This document shows, in pieces, positions 9,311 to 18,766 of a DNA stretch of 64,000 nucleotides. Made by a program: the position numbers and the translations under genes. This stretch comes from Armatimonadota bacterium (GTDB lineage: Bacteria; Armatimonadota; HRBIN16), in NCBI GenBank assembly GCA_963677485.1, contig OY781964.1, forward strand, positions 1,664,001 through 1,728,000, written 5' to 3'. The stretch's first letter is position 1, and every line of letters begins with the position of its first letter. Below the pieces are notes generated by a model, which saw nothing but the letters and a program-made list of their open reading frames with translations, did no database searches and was not told where the DNA came from.

Positions 9311-10237
9311 TTAACTCACCTCCTTGGCGCCGACTTGCAGGAAGATGCTTTCAAGGTCGGTCTCTTGTTTACCAAAGCTGATGACTTGCACGCCTTTGCC
9401 GATCAGCAACGCCAGCAGTTGGGCGAGCTGGGCATCATCGCCATTGAACACATACGACACGCTCTTCTCCATAGCGGTGACGGCACTGACATCGGTGATG
9501 GTCTGCAATATCTCTTGGCAAACGGCGATGTCAGACAGCAGCTCCATGCTCACACGCTGCTTGCCGAACACCTGCCGGCCGATCTCCTGCACCTCGCCAG
9601 CCATCACAATTCGGCCCTTCTCCATAATCCCCACCGTGTCGCAGAACTCTGAGAGCTCCGAGAGGATATGCGAGGAGACGATCACCGCGCAGCCCTGCTC
9701 GCGCAGCTCACGGATTACTTGCTTCAACATCGCGCGACCGAAGGGGTCCATGCCGCTGGCCGGTTCGTCCAGCAGCACAATTTTAGGCTGCGGAATCAGC
9801 GTGCGGGCCAGCATCAGCCGTTGTTTCATGCCGCGGGAGAGCCCCTTAGTCATGGTGTCGCGCTTCACGCTGATGTCCACCATGCCCAGATATTCGGTGA
9901 TGCGCCGCTCACGCACACCGATGGGGATGTTGTAACTCGCAGCGAACATGTCGAGGAATTCCCACACGGTGATGTCATCATAGATCGGGGTGTAGTCGGG
10001 CATAAAGCCCACTTGACACAACGCCTTCGCAGGCTCCGTCTCCAGGTTGAACTCGCCCAGTTGTATCGATCCGTAGGTGGGCTCCAAAAGCCCCACCAGT
10101 GCGCGCAGGGTGGTGGTCTTGCCAGCTCCGTTTGGGCCTATCAGTCCAAACACCTCGCCGGGCTGCACATGCAGGCTGACATCCTGCACCGCACAGACCT
10201 CGTCGTAATCCACCCTCAGTTCTTTCACATCAATCAT
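9311..10237 (-). CDS. ABC transporter ATP-binding protein (ABC-2 exporter type)
   Basis: GPNGAGKTT, LSRGMKQR, LLDEP, SSH; C-terminal LESIFL. Confidence 0.95.
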   Translation of the reverse strand: MIDVKELRVDYDEVCAVQDVSLHVQPGEVFGLIGPNGAGKTTTLRALVGLLEPTYGSIQLGEFNLETEPAKALCQVGFMPDYTPIYDDITVWEFLDMFAASYNIPIGVRERRITEYLGMVDISVKRDTMTKGLSRGMKQRLMLARTLIPQPKIVLLDEPASGMDPFGRAMLKQVIRELREQGCAVIVSSHILSELSEFCDTVGIMEKGRIVMAGEVQEIGRQVFGKQRVSMELLSDIAVCQEILQTITDVSAVTAMEKSVSYVFNGDDAQLAQLLALLIGKGVQVISFGKQETDLESIFLQVGAKEVS

Positions 10238-10329
10238 ACGTGCCCTCCTTAGCAGTAGGCTGTAAAGATGCTGTGCGAATGACTCGCACGGGTTGGTTTA
10301 GGGTTCTTTGTTATGCCAACAGCGAAACT

Positions 10330-10575
10330 TCAGCGTTTCACTATGTGCAGGTTGTTGGTGCCGTTGCGTATGTTCGTTGCGACCTCATAGCCGTCGCAAT
10401 ACACCGCCTCGGCCGATCCGTTGCCGTTCCAGGTTAATGTGAAGTGGCCGTGTGAGTCCGTTCTGACACGCGCCGTCACGCCGCCATCAAATAACCCTCC
10501 CACCTTCGCACTGACATATGACATCGTGCTGGGCTGGCCATTCGCGTAGGTTACGATCCCGCTGATCACCCCCAT
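10330..10575 (-). CDS. Small beta-rich hypothetical protein (carboxypeptidase-regulatory-like fold)
   Basis: AGGAGG RBS; ISGIVTYANGQP and TDSHGHFTL patterns. Confidence 0.6.
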   Translation of the reverse strand: MGVISGIVTYANGQPSTMSYVSAKVGGLFDGGVTARVRTDSHGHFTLTWNGNGSAEAVYCDGYEVATNIRNGTNNLHIVKR

Positions 10576-10852
10576 GTGGTCCCTCCTGACGGCTGCGTGA
10601 TAGTCTGCGGACTTCAGCTCACCAGGTGCGATAAAAACGCACCTATGTTGATACTATACTCCGCCTTATCATGAAATACTGCTGTTTTCGCCGTTTTGTT
10701 CCGCGTTTTTATGAATGTGGTGTTTTGTGAAGGCAGCCCGTATGGTGGTGATACGGTGCCTTGAATCGGCTGTGTATGGGGCGGGCGGGCAGAGGATCCG
10801 TCCCATCCGTCGGACTCCGCCCCTCAATCGAAGAAACACCATATATAGAAAC

Positions 10853-10883
10853 AGTCCTCGGGAAGACTTCCTTCCCGAGGACT
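10853..10883 (-). terminator. 13-bp hairpin downstream of the FGE gene (probable terminator)
   Basis: agtcctcgggaag-acttc-cttcccgaggact, followed by GTTTCT on the minus strand. Confidence 0.65.
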
Positions 10884-10912
10884 ATTCACGAAACAGTGAC
10901 GCCGCAGAGCAG

Positions 10913-12343
10913 TTAGGGCAGCTTCACGCACCTGAAGCCGGTGTCGCTGCTGCGGCGGGTCGGAATCGCATAGTTTCGGCATGACACCCTAAAGTCGCCG
11001 CTGTACCCGTTGAACCATGAACCACCGCGTATCACCCGATAGGTTCCACTATCAACACCTGGAGGGTTGTTAGCTGGCGAAGTCTGGTAGTAGTTGGCAC
11101 CATACCAGTCTGCACACCACTCCCATACATTACCGGCCATGTCCATGCATCCGTACAGGCTGATACCGGAAGGGTAACTGCCCACGGGCTTTGTTGTATC
11201 AGAGTTGTTATAGTCGACGCACTTCGTGGAGTCCCAGCTGTTGCCCCATGGGTATAGCCGTGCGTCGCCTCCTCTGGCTGCTTTTTCCCATTGAGCCTCA
11301 GTCGGCAGTGCGACACCGGCCCAAGCCGCGTAGTCGGTTGCGTCCTGCCATGTCACGTTCACCACCGGATGCGTGTCCTGCCAGCCCCATACAGGCTCGG
11401 TCGGCATTGAGCGCGATGTGGCCTGACAGAATTGCCGGTATTGGGCGACTGTGACCTCGCTCTTGTAAATCCAATAACCGGACAGGTAGATCGAGCGTTG
11501 CGGCCTTTCCTCTGCGGGGTAGTCACTGGTTGACCCCCTCAGGAAGTTGCCGTTGGAGACCCACACCATCTCGGCTTGGTCTACAGGATTTTGCCTGGGC
11601 TGACTGTCCATATCGCCCAGAGCACCGAAGAACACATCGATGATGACATAATCAAACAGGTTCACGATGCCATTACCATCAAGGTCAGCCATTGTGTTAC
11701 TGGTCGCGAAGTTCTGGTCAAGTACCACGATGTCAAACAGGTTCACCATGTTGTCACCATCGGCATCGCCGTTAGCTAATGCCGATGCATAGCTGGTGGA
11801 ACTGGACAGGTCTAGACCAGAAACTGACCTTCGCAGCCAGTGGCTGCCATAAAGGTTCAATGCGTAACCACCCGGTCTTATTCCCGTAATCGTGAGGTTC
11901 CCGCTATTGACCGGAAGGGAACCGGTGTAGTTGTTCACTCCTGACAACCGGTAACTGATGGATGCGTTGGGAGCAGTGCCGAGATAACCATATCCCAGAT
12001 CAAGGCTGAGATCAAGGCTATTCGGTGTCCACACGGTCAGGTCGGAGGTGGAAGTGGCCGTACCTCCAGGTGTGGTGACCGCAATCTTGCCAGTCGTGGC
12101 ACCAGCGGGGATGGTCATCTCAATGGAGGTGGCGCCGGTGACCGTATATTGAGGGGCTGAGGTGCCATTTACCTTGACCGCACTCGCCCCCGTCAGGATG
12201 GTTCCAGTGATGGTGATGACATCGCCAACCTTGCCGTTATCCGGTTGGAAACTGCTGATCGATGGGACAGCCGCGTTGGCCGGCAAGGCTAACACGAGTA
12301 AAACAAGTAATGATATCCACGGGATAAGAATCGATCGATGCAT
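10913..12343 (-). CDS. Secreted IPT/TIG + dockerin-like + FGE-sulfatase (CLec-fold) protein
   Basis: AAGGAG RBS and signal peptide; PSISSFQP..G.VG IPT domain; duplicated GD.DG...VNLFD; LPTEAQWEKAARG, DMAGNVWEW, RGGSW...GFR. Confidence 0.9.
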   Translation of the reverse strand: MHRSILIPWISLLVLLVLALPANAAVPSISSFQPDNGKVGDVITITGTILTGASAVKVNGTSAPQYTVTGATSIEMTIPAGATTGKIAVTTPGGTATSTSDLTVWTPNSLDLSLDLGYGYLGTAPNASISYRLSGVNNYTGSLPVNSGNLTITGIRPGGYALNLYGSHWLRRSVSGLDLSSSTSYASALANGDADGDNMVNLFDIVVLDQNFATSNTMADLDGNGIVNLFDYVIIDVFFGALGDMDSQPRQNPVDQAEMVWVSNGNFLRGSTSDYPAEERPQRSIYLSGYWIYKSEVTVAQYRQFCQATSRSMPTEPVWGWQDTHPVVNVTWQDATDYAAWAGVALPTEAQWEKAARGGDARLYPWGNSWDSTKCVDYNNSDTTKPVGSYPSGISLYGCMDMAGNVWEWCADWYGANYYQTSPANNPPGVDSGTYRVIRGGSWFNGYSGDFRVSCRNYAIPTRRSSDTGFRCVKLP

Positions 12344-12854
12344 TTGCGTTACTCCTTTTCTGGTGTTGAATGTGACCGCTGTCAAATACCCGATATAAAC
12401 AGTAGGGTATTTTCTATGTATCCATTATATGCGTGGTGGTTCCAACAGTCAAGATGCTGATGGCCACAACACACCAAAAAGCTCGAATTCGCCATGATTT
12501 AGTACACATTTCTGTGAATATGGTGGTTGTGTGGGTATCTTGCCGCCATCAAGAGCTGGTCCGACCGCGTTATTCAGCTTTTGATGCTCAGCCCATGGCC
12601 GATAGTTTGGTAATCAATTGTATAAACCCGACCGCTACAATCACCATTTGGATTTTTATAACCATCATGATGGTCACCGTGTTGCTTTGGCTGGCGGCTG
12701 GGCAGTATCCACGAGGTTGCGATGAAGGGCAGTCAATCACCCATAGGTCGGATCGCGGAGTTTTGTCGTTGCATAACGATGTATACCTGCCCTGCCACGC
12801 GCTAAAGCACAGTCTATTACCCACAAATCCAGTTGGGATCGTATCGACCATGTG

Positions 12855-12997
12855 CCGCGACATGAATGTCTCGGCTATTGATCAATAAGCCCGCTAAACC
12901 GGACTGCGGAGCTCCTTGCTGATAAAGATAACGTTAATGAAGACTGCTTCAGCAGTCTTGGTGTTCAATAGCCGAGACATTTATGTCGCGGAATCGG
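12855..12997. repeat. Inverted pair of REP-like repeats
   Basis: ccgcgacatgaatgtctcggctattga (12855-12881) is the near reverse complement of tcaatagccgagacatttatgtcgcgg (12965-12991); same family as 5642. Confidence 0.8.
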
Positions 12998-13061
12998 TGA
13001 CCATCTACCTGTTTCTCGATTTGTGGGTAATAGACCGTGAGGGCTGATGCAGTTATAAGGT

Positions 13062-13102
13062 AAAAAAACAGACCGCACCGGGAGTTAACCCGGTGCGGTC
13101 TG
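13062..13102 (-). terminator. Rho-independent terminator
   Basis: cagaccgcaccggg / cccggtgcggtctg stem followed by T7 on the minus strand. Confidence 0.85.
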
Positions 13103-13161
13103 CTTGTTAAGTCTTTACATGGAAATCTGTGCTGCGGCTCATCACCATGAAGGTGACGGCG

Positions 13162-13557
13162 TTACAGCCTTAGGGTGAGGTTTATGCTAAGGGTATTGGC
13201 CTTCTGTGCTGGCCGATATTCCCTGTAAGGTTTGACTTCCTGCACATGACGATGGCTGGGTTGCACGATGATCACTTCGGTGTGGTGATCTCTCGCTTCG
13301 CGGTAGTCATTGCTCACGTAGCGGCGGTGCCCCATCTTCATCCCGCGCTCGTCGCCCCTTTTCATCCCGCGTTCGTCACCATTCTTCCAGCCGCGCTGGT
13401 CATCATTCTTCCTGCCACGATCGTTGTCCATCTTCGAGCTGTTCTGATTGCCTTTTTGAGCACCATTATGGTTACCCGATCGGGGTGCTGCTATACAAGC
13501 TCCGGTGATGCTCATGACGGATATCATGGCGATTAACGATACGATTCGGGTTTTCAT
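13162..13557 (-). CDS. Small secreted protein with D(D/E)RG-type repeats
   Basis: AGGAGG RBS, signal peptide, repeats DDQRGWK/GDERGMK/GDERGMK. Confidence 0.75.
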   Translation of the reverse strand: MKTRIVSLIAMISVMSITGACIAAPRSGNHNGAQKGNQNSSKMDNDRGRKNDDQRGWKNGDERGMKRGDERGMKMGHRRYVSNDYREARDHHTEVIIVQPSHRHVQEVKPYREYRPAQKANTLSINLTLRL

Positions 13558-13617
13558 TTGGTTGCCTCCTGTGTTGTAGATGAGTTTTGGTCATCTTCTA
13601 TATTCATCATGGAATAG

Positions 13618-13639
13618 CAACCTCACAACAACCTCACAA
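13618..13639 (-). promoter_or_regulatory. Tandem 11-bp direct repeat, candidate OmpR-family binding site
   Basis: caacctcacaa repeated exactly twice, about 60 bp upstream of the 13557 start. Confidence 0.6.
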
Positions 13640-13640
13640 A

Positions 13641-15035
13641 CTAGGTATTTTGGAGGTAGTTCTCATAAACTGGTATATTTACTGTAATTGTAGTGCCAAA
13701 TCCCAGCCGAGTTTGGATAGAAACCGATCCTCCCATCGCTTCAGCCAGTCCGCGAACAATAGATAGACCGAGGCCCACCCCCTCATCTGGTCGATTCCGA
13801 TTGGCTTCTCCGTGAGCGAACCTTTCCCAGATGTGAGACAGCAATTCGTCAGGTATTCCGCTGCCCGTATCGGCCACACTGATCGCCACCATCTGATCCG
13901 TCTGTTCGGCCGACACACGGATGCTTCCCTCAGCAGGCGTATATCGACGGGCATTATCTAGCAGGTTGACAAGAATTCGTTGGAGACCATCGACAGACCC
14001 ACTAACCAACGGGAGCGGTTCTGTGAATTCGGTCACGACCGGTGCGCCATCATCCGGCAGCATCGCAAGGGTGGCCGCTGCCACCTGATGAATGTCTACG
14101 GGCACGATATCCAGTTGGGTATGCCCGGCGTCGATACGGCCTAGTTCCAGCAAAGAGCTGACGATACGCGCCAGCCGCTGCACTTCGCGATGCATCTTGG
14201 CGACCGTTTGCTGCTGCTCATCAGGGCGTATCATGCCCTCTTCCCACGCGCTCAGGGTGATACTCAGAGAGCTTAATGGGGCCCGCAACTCGTGCGAGGC
14301 ATCGGCCACGAATTGACGCTGTGAAATCTCGAGACACTTCAAGCGCAAGTGCTCATCCTGCAGCTCTCGAATGGTCTGGTCCAGCCCGGTTGCCAGATCA
14401 TTCAAGTTATCTGCAAGCTGCTGTAACTCCACTGTCGGCTGAGCTGCCACATGCACTTCGAAATGTCCATCCGCCATCTGGCAGCTTTGCTGAGCCACGG
14501 CATTCACGGATTTTGCGATTTTACGCGCTCCAGATGTGGCAAATGCCAGACTGATCAGGCCAGAGCACAGCACCGGCACGATGACGATCAGGTATACACC
14601 GCGTGAATCGCTGCGAGCCATATCGACACGCTTCCATCTGACATTCACATGACTACCATCGCTTATTGCCGACCATACCACCTCGCGGTTTACCCATGGC
14701 AGCTCACCCACACCATGCATTTGCGTCAATTTGATGACATCGGCGGCCGATGCCCAGGGTTTCGGGTTTTTCATTTGGTCGGCATCAGGGATTTTAGAGA
14801 TCACTACCACACCATTGGCATCAAGTGTGACGCAGTTATTACGCAGTTTACCCGACCGGTAGTAGTTGCTTGGTTGGTCCTGTTGCGAAGTTGACAGATT
14901 CAGAGCGGCAAGACCCAGCATAAAGCGGTCCACCGAGAGTACTAACACCACCAGCACCACAATCAGTGTGAGCGCGGTGGCGATGATCTGCCGGTGCATA
15001 GAATATGCGATCAGGTTCGGTTTACGATGGTTCAT
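13641..15035 (-). CDS. Sensor histidine kinase (HAMP, HisKA, HATPase)
   Basis: FVADASHELRAPL H-box, NLLDNA N-box, DTGSGI, GLGLSIV; two TM segments. Confidence 0.95.
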   Translation of the reverse strand: MNHRKPNLIAYSMHRQIIATALTLIVVLVVLVLSVDRFMLGLAALNLSTSQQDQPSNYYRSGKLRNNCVTLDANGVVVISKIPDADQMKNPKPWASAADVIKLTQMHGVGELPWVNREVVWSAISDGSHVNVRWKRVDMARSDSRGVYLIVIVPVLCSGLISLAFATSGARKIAKSVNAVAQQSCQMADGHFEVHVAAQPTVELQQLADNLNDLATGLDQTIRELQDEHLRLKCLEISQRQFVADASHELRAPLSSLSITLSAWEEGMIRPDEQQQTVAKMHREVQRLARIVSSLLELGRIDAGHTQLDIVPVDIHQVAAATLAMLPDDGAPVVTEFTEPLPLVSGSVDGLQRILVNLLDNARRYTPAEGSIRVSAEQTDQMVAISVADTGSGIPDELLSHIWERFAHGEANRNRPDEGVGLGLSIVRGLAEAMGGSVSIQTRLGFGTTITVNIPVYENYLQNT

Positions 15036-15720
15036 GGCTCACCTCAAAACGGTAGCCTACCCCCCTCAGGGTGGTAATGTATTGTATTCCGTCATCCGAC
15101 TCCAGCTTTTTTCGCAACCGGGCGATGGTGACATCGATCACATGGTCGTCAGGGTATTCCTCTTCGCCCCATACCTCATCGGCCAGCATCTGGCGGGTGA
15201 GCACACGCCCAGCCCTCTTTGCCAAACCGTGTAGAAGCCGGAACTCATGGCTGCTCAGCTCTATTGAAAGTCCGGCCCGCTGCACCTGCATGGTCGCGGC
15301 ATCCAGCACTAGCCCGGGGAAAATGATCGGAGGTGTGGCAATGGCATTGGGAGCGGCCCTGCGTAACACAGCTCTGACCCGGGCGATGACCTCTGCCGGC
15401 TCAAACGGCTTCACGATGTAGTCGTCCGCTCCCAGTTGAAGCCCTTTCACCCTGTCCGGGGTATCGCTTCGTCCTGTCAGCATGATCACCGGTAGTTGCG
15501 GTGCCAGCTCCTCTCGGATTTGGCGCAGAATGGACCATCCGTCCATATCGGGAAGGTTGACATCCAGTAAAAGCAGGTCCGGCTGTTGGTGAGCGATCAT
15601 CTGCAAGCCTGTCTGACCATCTTCAGCTGTCCGCGAACCGATCCCTTCGCGTTCAAAGAAGCGTGGAAGCAGTTGGCGTATTTGCGGGTCGTCTTCGATC
15701 AATAGAATCTGTATGCTCAA
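15022..15720 (-). CDS. OmpR-family response regulator
   Basis: ILLIEDD, LLLLDVNLP, GADDYIVKPF, TLRGVGYRF; probable TTG start at 15720 after GGGAG. Confidence 0.93.
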   Translation of the reverse strand: MSIQILLIEDDPQIRQLLPRFFEREGIGSRTAEDGQTGLQMIAHQQPDLLLLDVNLPDMDGWSILRQIREELAPQLPVIMLTGRSDTPDRVKGLQLGADDYIVKPFEPAEVIARVRAVLRRAAPNAIATPPIIFPGLVLDAATMQVQRAGLSIELSSHEFRLLHGLAKRAGRVLTRQMLADEVWGEEEYPDDHVIDVTIARLRKKLESDDGIQYITTLRGVGYRFEVSHEPS

Positions 15721-15906
15721 GCCGGCACTCCCGAGGGATGTAACACCCCCAATTCTATTATGGTCTATATCATCGAACCATGTCTGTGAAAAGGACATCT
15801 AGTGAAACGAAACCGAGGTATAATGAACCCGAACAACACCGTTTCCTGTGTAGGCTACGGTTGGGACAGACACGGGTATTACAATGCTGCATGGAGGCAT
15901 GCTATC

Positions 15907-17112
15907 ATGTTTACCAGACTCTCACGATGTTTACCAGGTATTCTATTGTGCGTCTGTACCCTGACAGGGCAGGCATATGCCGATGTCACCGCAGAACAGG
16001 TGATCGCGCATCTCAGGTCGGTCTCACCATGGGCTCAGCAGGCCGATGATCCCAAGTTTCAGATTGTGAAATTCGATGCGACAAAAACCAGCCCATCGCA
16101 GTACTATGTGACCAACAGTTCACGACTCTATGTCGTCGACCCCACGAATGGTCAAGTAAAGTCGGTTGCGGCAGTAGAAGGGAAAGACGGCAGCTACAGC
16201 TCCTTCATTACCGAAGATGAGGCATGGGCGCTGCGGCCTGATCTACCGAAAAACAAACTTGAGCTGTTCATCGACACACCACAGTTCGTTGAACATGCAA
16301 TGAAGCTGAAAGATGGCAGTTACGATCAGTTTTTTGCGGTGGGAATTACCCGAAATGAGAGTCGGCAGATTACGCGTGTTTTCTATCGTAATAGCCCGCT
16401 GGGTCGGTCAGAACAGGCTCCCAGGATTTCGAAAGAGCGTGCTTCAAACATCGCCATGAAGTATGCCAAGCAGTACAGGCGTTTCAATCACGGTGGTTCT
16501 GTGTACAGCTATGACCACCAGATGGTGCAGGATATCATCGGTCCTATGCTCGCAAAAGATGTGACAAACGACCTTAAGCCGGTATTCTATGTCAGCTTAT
16601 GGCTGTCGTCAGCGGTCGACTTCAAAACACCCCTGGCCTCTGACGAGACGCGATATGTCAGCCTCAACGTGACGGTAGATGCTGTCAATGGGCAGGTGGT
16701 TGGGGCAAATTACGGCTCTATGCCTGCGTTCAACAGGACTGGAATTCCGACCGCTACCTCAAGTGTGGCACCGGCGATTACCCTTTTACCCATCACAGTC
16801 AACGAGGAACATGAAAGCCTCTTTCAACCCTGTTACCGTATGAAGCAGACCGCCATTGTGCCGCTCAAACTGATGCAGCACCTCGCCAAACCACATGATC
16901 TTACCGCGAAAGCCGGGGAGAAGGCGTTCACACTTGACGGTAAGCGGTACGCGTTGCTTGAACCGGTACTGAAACGTGACGGCACCCTCTACCTGCCTTG
17001 GCAAGCGTTGAACAGCCTGCCGGGCGTGACCGCGCTTTTCGATACGCAGGCAAATAAACTGGATATCACCGCACTCGACCTATTTCCATTGCGACAGGGG
17101 AGTCTACAATGA
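15907..17112 (+). CDS. Secreted hypothetical protein with copper-amine-oxidase-N-like C-terminus (paralog A)
   Basis: Signal peptide from the ATG at 15907; GTLYLPWQALNSLPGV; paralog of the next gene. Confidence 0.7.
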   Translation: MFTRLSRCLPGILLCVCTLTGQAYADVTAEQVIAHLRSVSPWAQQADDPKFQIVKFDATKTSPSQYYVTNSSRLYVVDPTNGQVKSVAAVEGKDGSYSSFITEDEAWALRPDLPKNKLELFIDTPQFVEHAMKLKDGSYDQFFAVGITRNESRQITRVFYRNSPLGRSEQAPRISKERASNIAMKYAKQYRRFNHGGSVYSYDHQMVQDIIGPMLAKDVTNDLKPVFYVSLWLSSAVDFKTPLASDETRYVSLNVTVDAVNGQVVGANYGSMPAFNRTGIPTATSSVAPAITLLPITVNEEHESLFQPCYRMKQTAIVPLKLMQHLAKPHDLTAKAGEKAFTLDGKRYALLEPVLKRDGTLYLPWQALNSLPGVTALFDTQANKLDITALDLFPLRQGSLQ

Positions 17113-18245
17113 AACGAATTTTAGTATTAGTATTGATACTGCTCATGAGCATGAGCTGTTTCAGTGAGCCGAACCCGAAAGGTCTAATCGCGATCATCCA
17201 AAACAAGTACGCATGGCTCCCGAAAGATGATGCGCCGTATGTGGAACTGGATTCACGAGAAACAACCCAGTACAAGGTTTGTTACCCGCAATCCAAACTC
17301 TATTTCATTTTCGACAAGGACGCCACTTTGGCATATGCTGACTTCTATTCAAGCACCACCCGAGAGAAACCAGTGGATTTCCTTGCGCAGATCAATGAAG
17401 ACTTCATATGGAAGTTAAGGCCAGACCTGCCGAGGGACAACATGATACCAATAAGCGATGACGGGGTCTATTACCTATTACGGGCTGATGGTGTGGTCGA
17501 TCCTGGTGTCTGGATGTGGATGTTCAAGGAGCACGGTGTTATCACAACTTGTATGGCCGGCAACAAGCCAAATAATCAGCCTGCTCCCGCGGTGAAGATC
17601 ACTGAAGCGGAGGCACGGACCATCAGCCAGGCGGTCGCCAAAGACTATGTGAGTAAGGGTAACTATGGGGTGATTTCATTGTGGCCGTACGCCTTTGAAC
17701 AGCACAAACGTCGTAGCCTTGCGGAGATTCACACTGACAGTCTAGGAAGCACCTACGTTCGCTACCAGTTTACATACCGGTTGAGCGATAAACCTGAAGA
17801 GGACAAAACCCGCTCGCTGCCGCAGCTCGATGTCTCGGTGAACGCCACGACGGGGGAGGTAGCCTATGCCCACATTATGGCCTCGACCGAAAAGGGTGTC
17901 CAAACTGACAAGCCCGTCAGCCAGTTCCCTGCGGTCACAGTGACCCGTAATACCAGCGAGGTAACACTAGGCTTCCCGTGTGTTCTCGATGATGCTCAGG
18001 TCTACGTGCTATTGGCTGCGGTTCAGTCATTGGCGAAAGGGCATACGGTCACCGCTATAGCGAAAGCCATGGCATTCACGCTTGACGGCTCGAAGAAAGT
18101 GCTGCCTGCTGCCATTATCAGCCGCAAGGGCCTGCTCTACCTGCCCTGGCAGGCGTTGAATAGCCTTCCAGGCGTGTCAGCGCAGTTTGATGCCAAGCTG
18201 GCGAAGCTGGAGATCACCACACCGGCGGGCAAGAAGGCGAAGTAG
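17109..18245 (+). CDS. Secreted hypothetical protein with copper-amine-oxidase-N-like C-terminus (paralog B)
   Basis: Signal peptide; shares W.LRPDLP and GxLYLPWQALNSLPGV with the previous gene; ATGA overlap. Confidence 0.75.
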   Translation: MKRILVLVLILLMSMSCFSEPNPKGLIAIIQNKYAWLPKDDAPYVELDSRETTQYKVCYPQSKLYFIFDKDATLAYADFYSSTTREKPVDFLAQINEDFIWKLRPDLPRDNMIPISDDGVYYLLRADGVVDPGVWMWMFKEHGVITTCMAGNKPNNQPAPAVKITEAEARTISQAVAKDYVSKGNYGVISLWPYAFEQHKRRSLAEIHTDSLGSTYVRYQFTYRLSDKPEEDKTRSLPQLDVSVNATTGEVAYAHIMASTEKGVQTDKPVSQFPAVTVTRNTSEVTLGFPCVLDDAQVYVLLAAVQSLAKGHTVTAIAKAMAFTLDGSKKVLPAAIISRKGLLYLPWQALNSLPGVSAQFDAKLAKLEITTPAGKKAK

Positions 18246-18257
18246 GCGGATGACCCC

Positions 18258-18712
18258 TGGGAATGCCATTCTCCCGATTGGCATTCCCTCCCCATCCGTG
18301 TTTATTCGTGTCTATCCGTGGTTAAAGAGTCCTTACTAAACACGCGTGGCCTTAGGTTAACCGCCAGACCGCGGGGGGATTCGTCTGAACCACGGATTAC
18401 ACGGATTAATAGGATGACACGGATGGGAAAGGTGAGGGAAGAAAACTGCACCTCTCCCTCTCCATCCGAACCCATCCGTGCCATCCATGTAATCCTTGGT
18501 TCAGACAAAAAACCGCGCGGCCAAATTCCCATTGCGTCCTTGCCCCCCTGCGCCATTGCGTTGGAATCCTACCGGGCCAAGAGATAACCACCTTGGATCA
18601 AGACCGGCGCGGTCTGTTCCTGCACAGCCAAAGTTAGCGTACCGAAAGACCGCCCCGGACATAGCCAATAAATCGCCTGTCTGCGTCATCTGCGAAATCT
18701 GTGGATTGTGAT
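18258..18712. repeat. Mosaic intergenic repeat array 1
   Basis: Hairpin gggaatgcca..tggcattccc; atccgtg x3 at 10-nt period; tctgaaccacggattacacgga with its inverse; ttgcgtccttgccccc..gcg; ggcgcggtct..gaccgccccggacatag; atctgcgaaatctgtggat. Confidence 0.85.
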
Positions 18713-18766
18713 TCATTCGTCCCGTCAAGTTATACTATGTTAGATTAACCTGCCGGAGGCATCTTC

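Noticed and set aside
12433-12888. 151-aa and 91-aa ORFs; possible DGR template region
   Set aside because: No RBS or motifs, overlaps a repeat, and shows no similarity to the FGE 3' end or AAC-rich tract.
18258-18712. Possible CRISPR array or small ORFs in the repeat-rich spacers (also 23305-23510, 50094-50422, 56015-56392)
   Set aside because: No constant repeat with unique equal-length spacers and no cas genes; the ORFs are translations of repeats.
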